A DNA stretch of 64,000 nucleotides from Gammaproteobacteria bacterium (GTDB lineage Bacteria; Pseudomonadota; Gammaproteobacteria; QNFE01), in contig QNFE01000004.1 of the NCBI GenBank assembly GCA_003645455.1, positions 3,406-67,405 of the forward strand. Direction: 5' to 3'. A program made the translations under genes and the position numbers. The notes below the pieces were generated by a model. That model saw only the letters and a program-made list of their open reading frames with translations. It searched no databases and had not been told where the DNA came from. Of the stretch, positions 55,540 to 64,000 are shown piece by piece. Position 1 is the stretch's first letter. Every line of letters begins with the position of its first letter.

Positions 55540-56793
55540 ATGTTAAATAAACTCAAACCAAAATCAGAGTTTAGTCGTAATGTCCTAACTCTTATGACAG
55601 GTAGCACCATCGCCCAAGCTATCCCTATCGCTATTAGCCCTATTTTAACCAGAATTTACACTCCTGAGGATTTTGGGATATTTGCTTTATATATGAGTAT
55701 TGCCTCCATCATAGCGGTCATTGCCACAGGGCGCTATGAATTAGCAATAATGTTACCAGAAAAAGATGAGGATGCTATCAATATTGTAGCTTTATCTGCC
55801 ATCATTACAGTTATCATAAGCCTTTTAACTTTATCAATAGTTATAATATTCAACTTGCAAATTACGAATTTATTAGGCAACCCCCAAATCTCAAATTGGT
55901 TATATCTTGTGCCTATTAGTGTGCTTTTGACAGGATTTTATCAAAGTTTTAATTATTGGTCTAACCGCCAAAAACAATACAAAACCTTAGCACAAAATAA
56001 AGTTATTCAAAGCACCTCAACAGCTGGGGTCAATTTAAGTATGGGGCTGGCAAAATGGGGGGTTGTAGGTTTAATATGGGGCAATATTATAGGGCAAACT
56101 CTTGCTAGTGTAATTTTATTTAAAAATATTTTGAAAAAAAATCATAATTTGCCAACGGCAATCAATAAAAACAAAATAATTAAAATGTTGAAAAGATATA
56201 TAAAATTCCCCAAATATGATATAATATCAGCACTTGCCAACACCTCGGCACAACAGATAACCCATATTTTATTCAATATAATTTACAACCCTGCCATAGC
56301 AGGCTTTTTTTATTTTACTCAAAAAATACTTTCAATGCCAATCACTTATATATCATCTGCCATCTTAGATGTCTTTAAAGAGCAGGCAGCCCGAGATTAT
56401 AAAAAATATAATAACGCTAAAAAAATATATAAATCAACATTTATCAAATTGATGATGATTGCTATCTTGCCTTCTGTTTTTTTATATTTTTTTGCAGTTG
56501 ATATGTTTGTTATAGTTTTTGGAGAAAAATGGCAAATAGCAGGTGAATATGCCAAAATTTTGTCTCCCATGCTTTTTTTCAGATTTATGGGCAACCCATT
56601 GAGTTTTATGTTTTATATTGGCGAGAGGCAAATTTGGGATATGTATAGTCAGACACTATTGCTGTGCAGTATTCTGCTGTCTTTTTTTTGGAACACTAAT
56701 GCAACACAAACTGTATATTTTATATCTTTGGTGTTTTCTATTTTTTATATATCTCAAATTTTTTTATCCGCAAAAATTGCTAAAATATTCTAA
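55540..56793 (+). CDS. wzx: Wzx-like oligosaccharide/O-antigen flippase (MOP superfamily)
   Basis: 417 aa with ~12 TM helices and a polysaccharide-biosynthesis-protein pattern. It heads a glycan cluster. Confidence 0.65.
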   Translation: MLNKLKPKSEFSRNVLTLMTGSTIAQAIPIAISPILTRIYTPEDFGIFALYMSIASIIAVIATGRYELAIMLPEKDEDAINIVALSAIITVIISLLTLSIVIIFNLQITNLLGNPQISNWLYLVPISVLLTGFYQSFNYWSNRQKQYKTLAQNKVIQSTSTAGVNLSMGLAKWGVVGLIWGNIIGQTLASVILFKNILKKNHNLPTAINKNKIIKMLKRYIKFPKYDIISALANTSAQQITHILFNIIYNPAIAGFFYFTQKILSMPITYISSAILDVFKEQAARDYKKYNNAKKIYKSTFIKLMMIAILPSVFLYFFAVDMFVIVFGEKWQIAGEYAKILSPMLFFRFMGNPLSFMFYIGERQIWDMYSQTLLLCSILLSFFWNTNATQTVYFISLVFSIFYISQIFLSAKIAKIF

Positions 56794-56795
56794 TC

Positions 56796-58109
56796 ATGAT
56801 AACTATAACAATCCCCAATAATAACAATAAAGAAAGAGAATATGTGATTAGTGTTATTTTTAAAGAGTTCATGTGTATAGATTATAACATACAGTATGGA
56901 TCAAAAAATTATGAAATTAAGATGAAAAATAACTCTAAATTAATAGTGATAGATTGTTTTTTCAATAAGCATCCAACAAGCCTGTCTTATCTAAAAAATG
57001 AGAACATACCAAAAAAAATAAATTTAGTAAAAAATCAATTTACAAATGTGGATGGTCTACCAGTTATCTACGGCAATAATAAATTAGAAATAAAAGAAGA
57101 CATAATAGTTTGTGGCACAGATATATTTGCTTCTATTTTTTTTATGTTAAGCAGATGGGAAGAGTATGTAAATAAAAATAGAGATTATCATAATCGTTTT
57201 CCAGCAACTGAAAGCATTGCTTTTAAGTATAATTTTTTGAACAGACCGATTGTTGATGAATGCATTAAAATGTTAAAAAATATGCTGATAGAGTTAGATA
57301 GCAGTTTAACATTTAATCAAAATAAAACCAAATTATATTTAACTCATGATGTAGATGAGGTGTATAGATGGAAAAATTGGAGACAAGTAATCAGATCTTC
57401 GCTTGGAGATATAATAAAAAGACAAAACTTGAAGTTAGGTTTAAAGAATTTTAGCAAATATTTTTTAATAAAAAGAAATAAAACAAAAGAACCATTTGAT
57501 ACATTTGACTGGCTAATGAATGAAAGCGAAAAATTAAAAACTAAAAGTAGATTTTATTTTATGAGTGGAGGGAATTCAATTTATGATAGAGGTTATGCTA
57601 TTAACGACAAGTATATATTAAATCTTATTAAAAAAATAAAAAAAAATAATCACTACATAGGTTTTCATCCATCATATAATACATACAATGATCTTGAAAG
57701 ATTTAAGCAAGAAAAAGAATTATTAAGCAATGTTGTTGGTATTGATTTAAAAGAGGGTAGACAACATTTTTTAAGGTTTGAGGTGCCTACTACATGGCAA
57801 ATATGGGAAGATAGCGGAATGAAGGTAGATAGTACTTGTGGATATGCAGACAAAGAAGGTTTCAGGTGTGGCACAGCTTATGAATACAGTGTTTTCAATA
57901 TATTGACAAGAATAAAATTGAACCTAAAAGAGAGACCTTTGATTGTTATGGACTGCACTTTATTTAGGTATATGAATCACAGTCATAAAAGTGCGATGAA
58001 TAGTGTGCTAACAATGCAAAATAAATCAAAAAATTTCACAATATTATGGCATAATTCACACATCGATGATATGATTTTTTATAAAAATTTTTTAAAAAAA
58101 CAATGCTAA
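56796..58109 (+). CDS. Hypothetical protein, possibly polysaccharide deacetylase-like (CE4-like)
   Basis: Soluble 437-aa protein with THDVD and HPSY motifs, reminiscent of NodB-type deacetylases. Its position inside the O-antigen cluster fits. The call is weak. Confidence 0.3.
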   Translation: MITITIPNNNNKEREYVISVIFKEFMCIDYNIQYGSKNYEIKMKNNSKLIVIDCFFNKHPTSLSYLKNENIPKKINLVKNQFTNVDGLPVIYGNNKLEIKEDIIVCGTDIFASIFFMLSRWEEYVNKNRDYHNRFPATESIAFKYNFLNRPIVDECIKMLKNMLIELDSSLTFNQNKTKLYLTHDVDEVYRWKNWRQVIRSSLGDIIKRQNLKLGLKNFSKYFLIKRNKTKEPFDTFDWLMNESEKLKTKSRFYFMSGGNSIYDRGYAINDKYILNLIKKIKKNNHYIGFHPSYNTYNDLERFKQEKELLSNVVGIDLKEGRQHFLRFEVPTTWQIWEDSGMKVDSTCGYADKEGFRCGTAYEYSVFNILTRIKLNLKERPLIVMDCTLFRYMNHSHKSAMNSVLTMQNKSKNFTILWHNSHIDDMIFYKNFLKKQC

Positions 58110-59317
58110 ATTTTCAAAACAAAAATTTTTATCAGTCTCTATTAAACCTATCTTTATATCTATTCGTTTATTATTATTTTGTCAGGGTCGTTTATGTTTA
58201 TTATAAGCTTGCAAAATATATAAGTCTTGATTTTTATAGGGTTGCCCTTTTTGTGCCAGCAGTTATTTTTATTACTCTTGCTGCCTATCATTATTTTAAA
58301 AACATCCAACAATTAAAAAATAATATTTATTTGAATTCATTCCTATCGTTGTTTGCAATTATTGTTTTATCTATAATTTATCATTTTATTTTTCGCTTGG
58401 ATTATATGAGTGATGATGTGTTTTCATATCAAATTAAGAATTTATCTTATAGCATTCTTAATGCTTTGTTAGGTTTTTATCTTTATCAACAATTAAATTC
58501 CAACTCATCAAAAAAAATAATTTTTGTTGTTTGGTTTTTTTATGCGATTATGTTGTTGATTAATTTAAATGGCTTCGCTTTGGATACAAAAGGAGTAAGC
58601 GGTGTTCATTTAATGCTCGGTGATACATTCATAATAATATCAATTGTTGCTATTTTTATGAATATAAATCATAAAATTTTAAAAATTATATCTTTGTCTG
58701 CTGTTTTGATTTTGGCATACTTAATTAACTCTCGCAGTTCTTTTTTTAGTTTTTTGGTCGTGTATTTATTTTTTCTCTACAAAGAAATTGGGTTAAAAAA
58801 TTTGTTGTATTTATTTGTTTTAATGTTTTTTGTTGCATTTGCACTTTATTATTTTGATTTGTTGCGGATAAACAAAAGAATGTTTGGAGTTTTTCAAGGA
58901 CACAGTGACGGCTCATTGAATGAGAGAATGGAACAGTTTAAATATGGTATCGAAGCCATTAAAAATAATTGGTTTTTTGGTGAGTTTGCAGGACAAGCAA
59001 TTGTTCATACGCAAGGCTATAGGAGCGGTCAAATGGGTGCTTATATGCACAATTGGTTGTCATATTATCGTCAATTTGGTTTAGTGTTTTTTGTTATTTT
59101 TACTTTAATGTTTGTTTATGCAGGTCTGTTTATACTTAAAGAATGGTATTTGAAAAACACACCTATAAAAAATATGTTATATTATCTGTTTGTTTTTGAA
59201 GCGGTGTCTTTATTGGTATTTAGAGCTTATAGTTTTACTCATGTATGGCTTGTTATGGTTATGTTATATTCTTATATCCATGACAAAAATATAAAAAATT
59301 TATCGGAGAAAGCATGA
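58103..59317 (+). CDS. O-antigen polymerase/ligase-like (Wzy/WaaL family) membrane protein
   Basis: 404 aa with ~10 TM helices and a large periplasmic loop near the C-terminus. Confidence 0.5.
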   Translation: MLNFQNKNFYQSLLNLSLYLFVYYYFVRVVYVYYKLAKYISLDFYRVALFVPAVIFITLAAYHYFKNIQQLKNNIYLNSFLSLFAIIVLSIIYHFIFRLDYMSDDVFSYQIKNLSYSILNALLGFYLYQQLNSNSSKKIIFVVWFFYAIMLLINLNGFALDTKGVSGVHLMLGDTFIIISIVAIFMNINHKILKIISLSAVLILAYLINSRSSFFSFLVVYLFFLYKEIGLKNLLYLFVLMFFVAFALYYFDLLRINKRMFGVFQGHSDGSLNERMEQFKYGIEAIKNNWFFGEFAGQAIVHTQGYRSGQMGAYMHNWLSYYRQFGLVFFVIFTLMFVYAGLFILKEWYLKNTPIKNMLYYLFVFEAVSLLVFRAYSFTHVWLVMVMLYSYIHDKNIKNLSEKA

Positions 59318-60381
59318 AACTTAAATTTGGATTAGTAGGTTGTGGTAGAATTGCTAAAAGGCATAGCGAGTTGTTGGGGCTTGATCAGATTAAAAATGCA
59401 ACCTTGGTGGCAGTTTGTGATATTATTAAAGAAAAAGCACAAAAAATTGGAAAACAATTTGATGTGCCGTTTTATGATGATATGGATCAGATGATGCAAA
59501 ACACTGATATTGATGTTGTAGTGGTGTTGACAGAAACTGGTCTGCATGCGAAAAATGTTATAAATCTGGCAAAATATGGCAAACATATTTTGGTGGAAAA
59601 ACCTATGGCATTGACTTTGGATGATGCTGATAAAATGATTATGAGCTGTGATAAAAACAATTGTAAATTATTTGTCATCAAACAAAATCGCTTTAATGTG
59701 CCGGTCGTAAAATTACGCGAAGCTTTGGAGGCGGACAGATTTGGCAAATTAGTCTTAGGCACGGTGCGAGTGCGGTGGAGTCGTAATCAAGATTATTATG
59801 ATCAAGCGGATTGGCGAGGAACCTGGGCTATGGACGGCGGAGTTTTAACCAATCAAGCCAGCCACCATGTTGATTTATTAGAGTGGATGATGGGTGATGT
59901 GGAGAGTGTTTTTGCCAAAAGCACCACAGCTTTGGTTGATATTGAAGCCGAAGATACCGCGATTGTAACTTTAAAATTTAAAAATGGAGCGCTGGGAATT
60001 ATAGAGGCAACAACTGCGGTGCGTCCCAAAGATTTGGAAGGTTCAATTAGTATTCTGGGCGAGACAGGCACAGTTGAAATTGGCGGTTTTGCGGTTAATC
60101 AAATGTTACATTGGAATTTTAATAACAAACAACCAGGCGATGATGAGGTGATGGAAAAATACTCGGTAAATCCGCCGAATGTATATGGTTTTGGTCATCA
60201 GGCTTATTATGAACATGTCGTAGATAGCATAATAAATGGTAAAAAGCAGCTTGTTGATGGCTTAGTGGGGCGTAAAAGTTTAGAGTTAATATCAGCTATT
60301 TATGAGTCAATTGAAACCGGACGTGAAGTATTTTTAAGATTTAAACCGACAAAATGTAAATTAGGGCAAATTAGTGAATGA
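59314..60381 (+). CDS. Gfo/Idh/MocA-family NAD-dependent sugar-nucleotide dehydrogenase (WbpB-like UDP-GlcNAcA 3-dehydrogenase)
   Basis: Rossmann start KFGLVGCGRIAKRH and the EKP motif LVEKPMAL. It is followed by a hexapeptide acetyltransferase and a DegT aminotransferase, the WbpB-E-D pathway layout. Confidence 0.7.
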   Translation: MKLKFGLVGCGRIAKRHSELLGLDQIKNATLVAVCDIIKEKAQKIGKQFDVPFYDDMDQMMQNTDIDVVVVLTETGLHAKNVINLAKYGKHILVEKPMALTLDDADKMIMSCDKNNCKLFVIKQNRFNVPVVKLREALEADRFGKLVLGTVRVRWSRNQDYYDQADWRGTWAMDGGVLTNQASHHVDLLEWMMGDVESVFAKSTTALVDIEAEDTAIVTLKFKNGALGIIEATTAVRPKDLEGSISILGETGTVEIGGFAVNQMLHWNFNNKQPGDDEVMEKYSVNPPNVYGFGHQAYYEHVVDSIINGKKQLVDGLVGRKSLELISAIYESIETGREVFLRFKPTKCKLGQISE

Positions 60382-60850
60382 AAAACCTATAATAAAGCAA
60401 ACGGGCATAAAAAATGTTAATTTTGGTAAAAATGTAACTATTATTCAGCCAGTTAATTTATATGGTTGTGACATAGGAGATAACACTTTTGTAGGACCGT
60501 TTGTTGAAATTCAAAAAGATGTTAAAATTGGCAAAAATTGTAAAATCCAATCCCATTGTTTTATTTGTGAATTAGTGAATATCGGCGATAATACAGTCAT
60601 AGCTCATGGGGTAATGTTTATCAATGATTTGTTTAAAAATGGTCGCCCCGCAGGTGGTGATAAAAAATTATGGCAAAAAACTAAGATAGGTAATAATGTG
60701 TCAATCGGTTCAAATGCCACCATTTTGCCAGTTAATATTTGTGATAAGGTCGTAATCGGAGCAGGCTCGGTGGTCACCAAAAATATAACAGAATCTGCTG
60801 TTTATGCTGGCAACCCTGCCAAAAAAATAAAAAATTTTACTGATAGATAA
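60374..60850 (+). CDS. Left-handed beta-helix (hexapeptide-repeat) N-acetyltransferase (WbpD/WlbB-like)
   Basis: 158 aa with hexapeptide repeats (IGDNTVIAHGVMF, IGNNVSIGSNATI). Confidence 0.7.
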   Translation: MNEKPIIKQTGIKNVNFGKNVTIIQPVNLYGCDIGDNTFVGPFVEIQKDVKIGKNCKIQSHCFICELVNIGDNTVIAHGVMFINDLFKNGRPAGGDKKLWQKTKIGNNVSIGSNATILPVNICDKVVIGAGSVVTKNITESAVYAGNPAKKIKNFTDR

Positions 60851-60852
60851 AA

Positions 60853-61014
60853 TGAGACCTTTGCATAAATCAAGCACAATTTATAAAACAAATAGATTGC
60901 ATATGCTCATAGTAAAAATTCGTCAAAGGGAATTACCATATTCCTCATTTTTGCTATAAAAATGCACTATTTTCTGTCCTCTCTAAACAGCACTTGATTT
61001 ATGCAAAGGTCTCA
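60853..61014. repeat. MITE family 1, full-length copy (162 bp)
   Basis: TGAGACCTTTGCATAAATCAAGCAC...GTGCTTGATTTATGCAAAGGTCTCA. It begins 2 nt after the wbpD-like stop. Confidence 0.85.
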
Positions 61015-61086
61015 AAATAAAATGATAAATTTACTTATCATTTATGTTATAATACCTCAAAATGATAAACAAATTTATCAAAATCT

Positions 61087-62241
61087 ATGGAAAATATAAC
61101 TGTTTCAATTAAAAACAAACAAATCGGTGAGCTTTTTTATGATGAAAGTTTGCATCAATACGGTTTTAATTACAATAATGACGTGGCTCCTATATCATTG
61201 ACTATGCCATTTAAAAACTCAACCTATCTATGGCAAAATAAACTCCATCCAATTTTTGATATGCACATGCCAGAGGGTTATTTGTTTGAAGTATTTAAAA
61301 ACTATCTTAATAAAAAACACGGATTTATCAATGATTTTCTAATTTTTTCTTATTTATCGGCTAATATTCAAAGCAGATTGGAATTTAAAAGTGAATTTGC
61401 GGTTAAGAAATTTAAAAGTTTGGAGTTATCTTATATATTACAAAATGATGATAACGATACTTTTTTAAAACTTGTTAAAATGTTTCTATCTAAAAACTCT
61501 ATCTCTGGTATTCAACCTAAAACCATCGCAGTTGTAAAAGACAAAGAGGCTTTAAATTATCGTGAATATATTGTAAAAACATGGGGTGATGAATATCCGC
61601 AGTTGGCTCTTAACGAATATTTTTGCTTAAAAGCCGTGCAAGAATCAGGGGTTACTATCCCTCATATTCATCTATCAAATAACAACAAATTTTTACTGGT
61701 TGAAAGATTTAATTATGATAAAAAAAATAATAAATTTTTAGGTTTTGAAGAAGTTCTGGGTTTAATGGGTAAAAATTCTTCGCAGAAATATACGGGTAGT
61801 TATGAGCAGGTGGCAAAACTAATCTATAAAATAACAACCGATAAAATCGCAGATATGACAAATTTTTATAAAATAATGGTGATGAATTATTTACTTAAAA
61901 ATGGCGACGCTCATCTTAAAAATTTCGGCATAATTTATAATGATGATTTTTCCGTTATAAAACTTGCCCCAGCTTATGATATAGTTAATACCGTGGCATA
62001 TTTATATGACGATAAACCTGCTCTTACGATGTTTGGCAAAAAAGTCTGGTTCGGCAAAAAGGATTTATTAAAATTTGGCATCAAACATTGTTATTTATCC
62101 AAAACACAAGCTAATAGATGCTATCAAGATTGTTTTTTATCTTTGCAAGAAAACCACCAAAAATTAAAAAAATATATAAAAACAAATCCTGATTTTGTTA
62201 ATATAGGCACAAAAATGTTAGACAGTTGGAGGGTAGAATAG
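61087..62241 (+). CDS. HipA-like Ser/Thr kinase toxin
   Basis: The HipA N-terminal region (IGELFYDES...FDMHMPEGYLFE) and the kinase catalytic motif NGDAHLKNFGI (DxHxxN) are both present. Confidence 0.75.
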   Translation: MENITVSIKNKQIGELFYDESLHQYGFNYNNDVAPISLTMPFKNSTYLWQNKLHPIFDMHMPEGYLFEVFKNYLNKKHGFINDFLIFSYLSANIQSRLEFKSEFAVKKFKSLELSYILQNDDNDTFLKLVKMFLSKNSISGIQPKTIAVVKDKEALNYREYIVKTWGDEYPQLALNEYFCLKAVQESGVTIPHIHLSNNNKFLLVERFNYDKKNNKFLGFEEVLGLMGKNSSQKYTGSYEQVAKLIYKITTDKIADMTNFYKIMVMNYLLKNGDAHLKNFGIIYNDDFSVIKLAPAYDIVNTVAYLYDDKPALTMFGKKVWFGKKDLLKFGIKHCYLSKTQANRCYQDCFLSLQENHQKLKKYIKTNPDFVNIGTKMLDSWRVE

Positions 62242-62244
62242 AGC

Positions 62245-62505
62245 ATGAATTTAGATGAAATAGGACCCAAAATACAACAACTTAGAAAAAGTTTAAAAAT
62301 AACTCAACAGGAACTATCAGATTTAAGTGGCATAAGCCGGGTTACCTTAGGCAAATTAGAGCGAGGAGAAATTGCTCCAATTTCTTTAAAAACTCTCGAT
62401 TTGATTTTAAATAAACTCAATTATGAAATAGATTTTGTCGTAAAAAATAAATTTTCTTTGCCGACTTTGGATCAAATGGGACAAGACAGTAAGTTTTATA
62501 CATAA
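62245..62505 (+). CDS. XRE-family helix-turn-helix protein (HipB-like putative antitoxin), encoded downstream of the kinase
   Basis: ITQQELSDLSGISRVTLGKLERGE is an HTH_XRE motif. It starts 4 nt after the hipA-like stop. Confidence 0.7.
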   Translation: MNLDEIGPKIQQLRKSLKITQQELSDLSGISRVTLGKLERGEIAPISLKTLDLILNKLNYEIDFVVKNKFSLPTLDQMGQDSKFYT

Positions 62506-62520
62506 TAAGGAGAGAATATA

Positions 62521-62784
62521 ATGCAATTAGAAGCAATTAGAAAAAACGGTCATTTTTATATTCCATATTTAGATAGGGTAAAAGTAAAATCCGATAAAAT
62601 TATGATTGAAATAGATAATGATATTATTGAGAATAAAAATGATAAAAAAATAGAATATTCGGATGAATACCTTCAAAAAAACTGGCGAAAATTGATTATG
62701 ACCTCGTCTTTGCCAGTTGATTATGAAGATAGCGAGGAATATAAAAAAGATCGTGGTGAATATTTAGCAAAAAAATACCAATGA
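62521..62784 (+). CDS. Hypothetical small acidic protein (candidate antitoxin partner of the downstream PIN domain)
   Basis: 87 aa. Its stop overlaps the downstream ATG (ATGA), the classic toxin-antitoxin coupling. Confidence 0.35.
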   Translation: MQLEAIRKNGHFYIPYLDRVKVKSDKIMIEIDNDIIENKNDKKIEYSDEYLQKNWRKLIMTSSLPVDYEDSEEYKKDRGEYLAKKYQ

Positions 62785-64000
62785 AAAATATTCTATTGGA
62801 TTTGAATGTAATATTTGATAACTATGATCCGGTTAGACAAAAGTCATACCCATCATCTGTTGTCGCTTTAAACGAATTAAAAAAAGATAAAAATGTAAAT
62901 ATTTTTATATCTGCAAGCTCGCTTGATAATTTGCATTTTATAAAATTAAAAGATATAAAACGAGAACATCCAGCGCTAACCAACAAAAAAGCTAATTTTT
63001 TGACGAATAATTTTATCAAAGATATATTGTCATTTTGCCGCATTATCAAAACCCCATCTTACCTAGATATAGATTATAACAATATAGAGGACTCACAAAT
63101 CATAGCATCTGCTATCGCCTGTAATGCGATAGTTATAAGCCGTGATAAAAATATGTTAAATAGTTATCCAGATATAGCAATAAACCCCAAACAATTTTTA
63201 AAAATTATCAAGCCTGAAAACCAACAGATTAAATTTTTAGACCTACCATCTCAATATGCCAAAATTCAACCCCAGATAGAACAAGTCATTGATAAAGTTA
63301 TAAATAATAGTGCTTTTATCGGTGGTGAATATGTTGCCAAATTTGAAAAAAAATTTGCCGTCTATCAAGATGCGGATTTTTGTGTAGGGGTAGCCAACGG
63401 CACAGATGCTTTGGAGATTGCGATTGAAGCTTTTGATTTACCAAAAAATAGTGAGATTATAGTGCCTGCAAATAGTTTTATCGCAAGCTCCGAGGCGGTT
63501 ACCAGATGCGGACATAAAGTAGTATTTTGTGATTGCAATAAGCACAACTACACAATTTCAATAAAAAGCTTACAAGAGAAAATTACGAGAAAAACAGCCG
63601 CCATAATCGCTGTTCATATTTATGGGCATCCGGCTGATATGGACGAATTATTAAAAATTGCCAAAACTCATAACCTTAAAATCATAGAAGACTGTGCTCA
63701 ATCTCATGGTGGCACCTACAAAAACCAAAAAATAGGGGCAATAGGTGATATCGGGGCTTTTAGTTTTTACCCTGGCAAAAATCTGGGAGCATATGGCGAC
63801 GGTGGAGCGATCACTACCAACAACCAAACCTTAGCCAAAAAATGTAAAATGATTGCCAATCATGGTAGGGTAGAAAAGTATAATCATCAATTTGAGGGTA
63901 GAAATTCAAGGTTAGATGCCATCCAAGCTGCGATATTATCAATAAAATTAAAATACTTAGATAACTGGACGGATGCCAGGATAAAAGTAGCAGACTATTA
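62781..64000 (+). CDS. PIN-like domain fused in frame to a DegT/DnrJ/EryC1-family aminotransferase (WbpE-like). Partial: the ORF continues past the window end
   Basis: Hand translation from ATG 62781 shows no stop through 64000. The N-terminal ~124 aa (ILLDLNVIFD ... DSQIIASAIACNAIVISRDKN) has PIN-domain acidic positions. From ~63230 the sequence (IKFLDLPSQYAKIQPQIEQVI..GGEYVAKFEKKFA..VGVANGTDAL...YGHPADMDEL..) is a PLP sugar aminotransferase. An internal in-frame ATG at 63153 may be the aminotransferase's own start. The ORF track omits this ORF because it is open-ended. Confidence 0.7.
   Translation, partial: MKNILLDLNVIFDNYDPVRQKSYPSSVVALNELKKDKNVNIFISASSLDNLHFIKLKDIKREHPALTNKKANFLTNNFIKDILSFCRIIKTPSYLDIDYNNIEDSQIIASAIACNAIVISRDKNMLNSYPDIAINPKQFLKIIKPENQQIKFLDLPSQYAKIQPQIEQVIDKVINNSAFIGGEYVAKFEKKFAVYQDADFCVGVANGTDALEIAIEAFDLPKNSEIIVPANSFIASSEAVTRCGHKVVFCDCNKHNYTISIKSLQEKITRKTAAIIAVHIYGHPADMDELLKIAKTHNLKIIEDCAQSHGGTYKNQKIGAIGDIGAFSFYPGKNLGAYGDGGAITTNNQTLAKKCKMIANHGRVEKYNHQFEGRNSRLDAIQAAILSIKLKYLDNWTDARIKVADY

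Overview
This is an AT-rich (~33% GC) chromosomal segment from a sulfur-oxidising gammaproteobacterium (SUP05/Thioglobus- or vesicomyid-symbiont-like; inferred only from gene content and composition). Housekeeping genes present are: partial yceD; dnaE, rnhB and an RluA-family pseudouridine synthase; acs; a TIGR01212 radical SAM gene; cca; thioredoxins; slyD-like FKBP; ruvC and ruvA; pth, rplY/ctc, prs, tRNA-Gln and ispE; and lon. There is a complete compact reverse-dissimilatory sulfite reductase cluster, dsrABEFHCMKLJOP (15.6-26.3 kb), and a partial type II secretion block, gspIJKLMN. The window is heavily punctuated by accessory material. (a) A Type I R-M locus (hsdR, a DinD/Bro-N-like gene, a half-size hsdS, hsdM) is chopped up by three REP/BIME-like palindromic doublets plus a half copy, and carries a truncated RAYT transposase remnant fused to one doublet. 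(b) Two families of MITE-like elements with terminal inverted repeats are present. One (~162 bp) has 3 full and 2 miniature copies, and one miniature copy exactly fills the dsrO-dsrP junction. The other (~100-115 bp) has 2 copies. (c) Related repeats in inverted orientation, with 22-mer and 25-mer tandem arrays at the right end, bracket the dsr cluster. (d) A co-oriented 7.8-kb island between ruvA (no ruvB follows) and pth holds an unusual 4-gene operon followed by an R-M-like triad. The operon encodes a MotA/ExbB-like channel, an ExbD-like protein, a large two-TM lysine-rich protein and a tandem FGE-sulfatase (SUMF1/GldK-like) domain protein. The triad encodes a methyltransferase-HNH fusion, an HNH endonuclease and a methyltransferase. 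This is the best candidate for an undescribed system. (e) A HEPN-MNT-MNT-ORF6N cassette sits between lon and an O-antigen (wzx, wzy, wbpB, wbpD) cluster. (f) That cluster is split by a MITE, a reversed-order HipA-HTH module and a small ORF, followed by a PIN-like domain that runs in frame into a DegT/WbpE-type aminotransferase ORF continuing past the window end; this ORF is absent from the ORF track.
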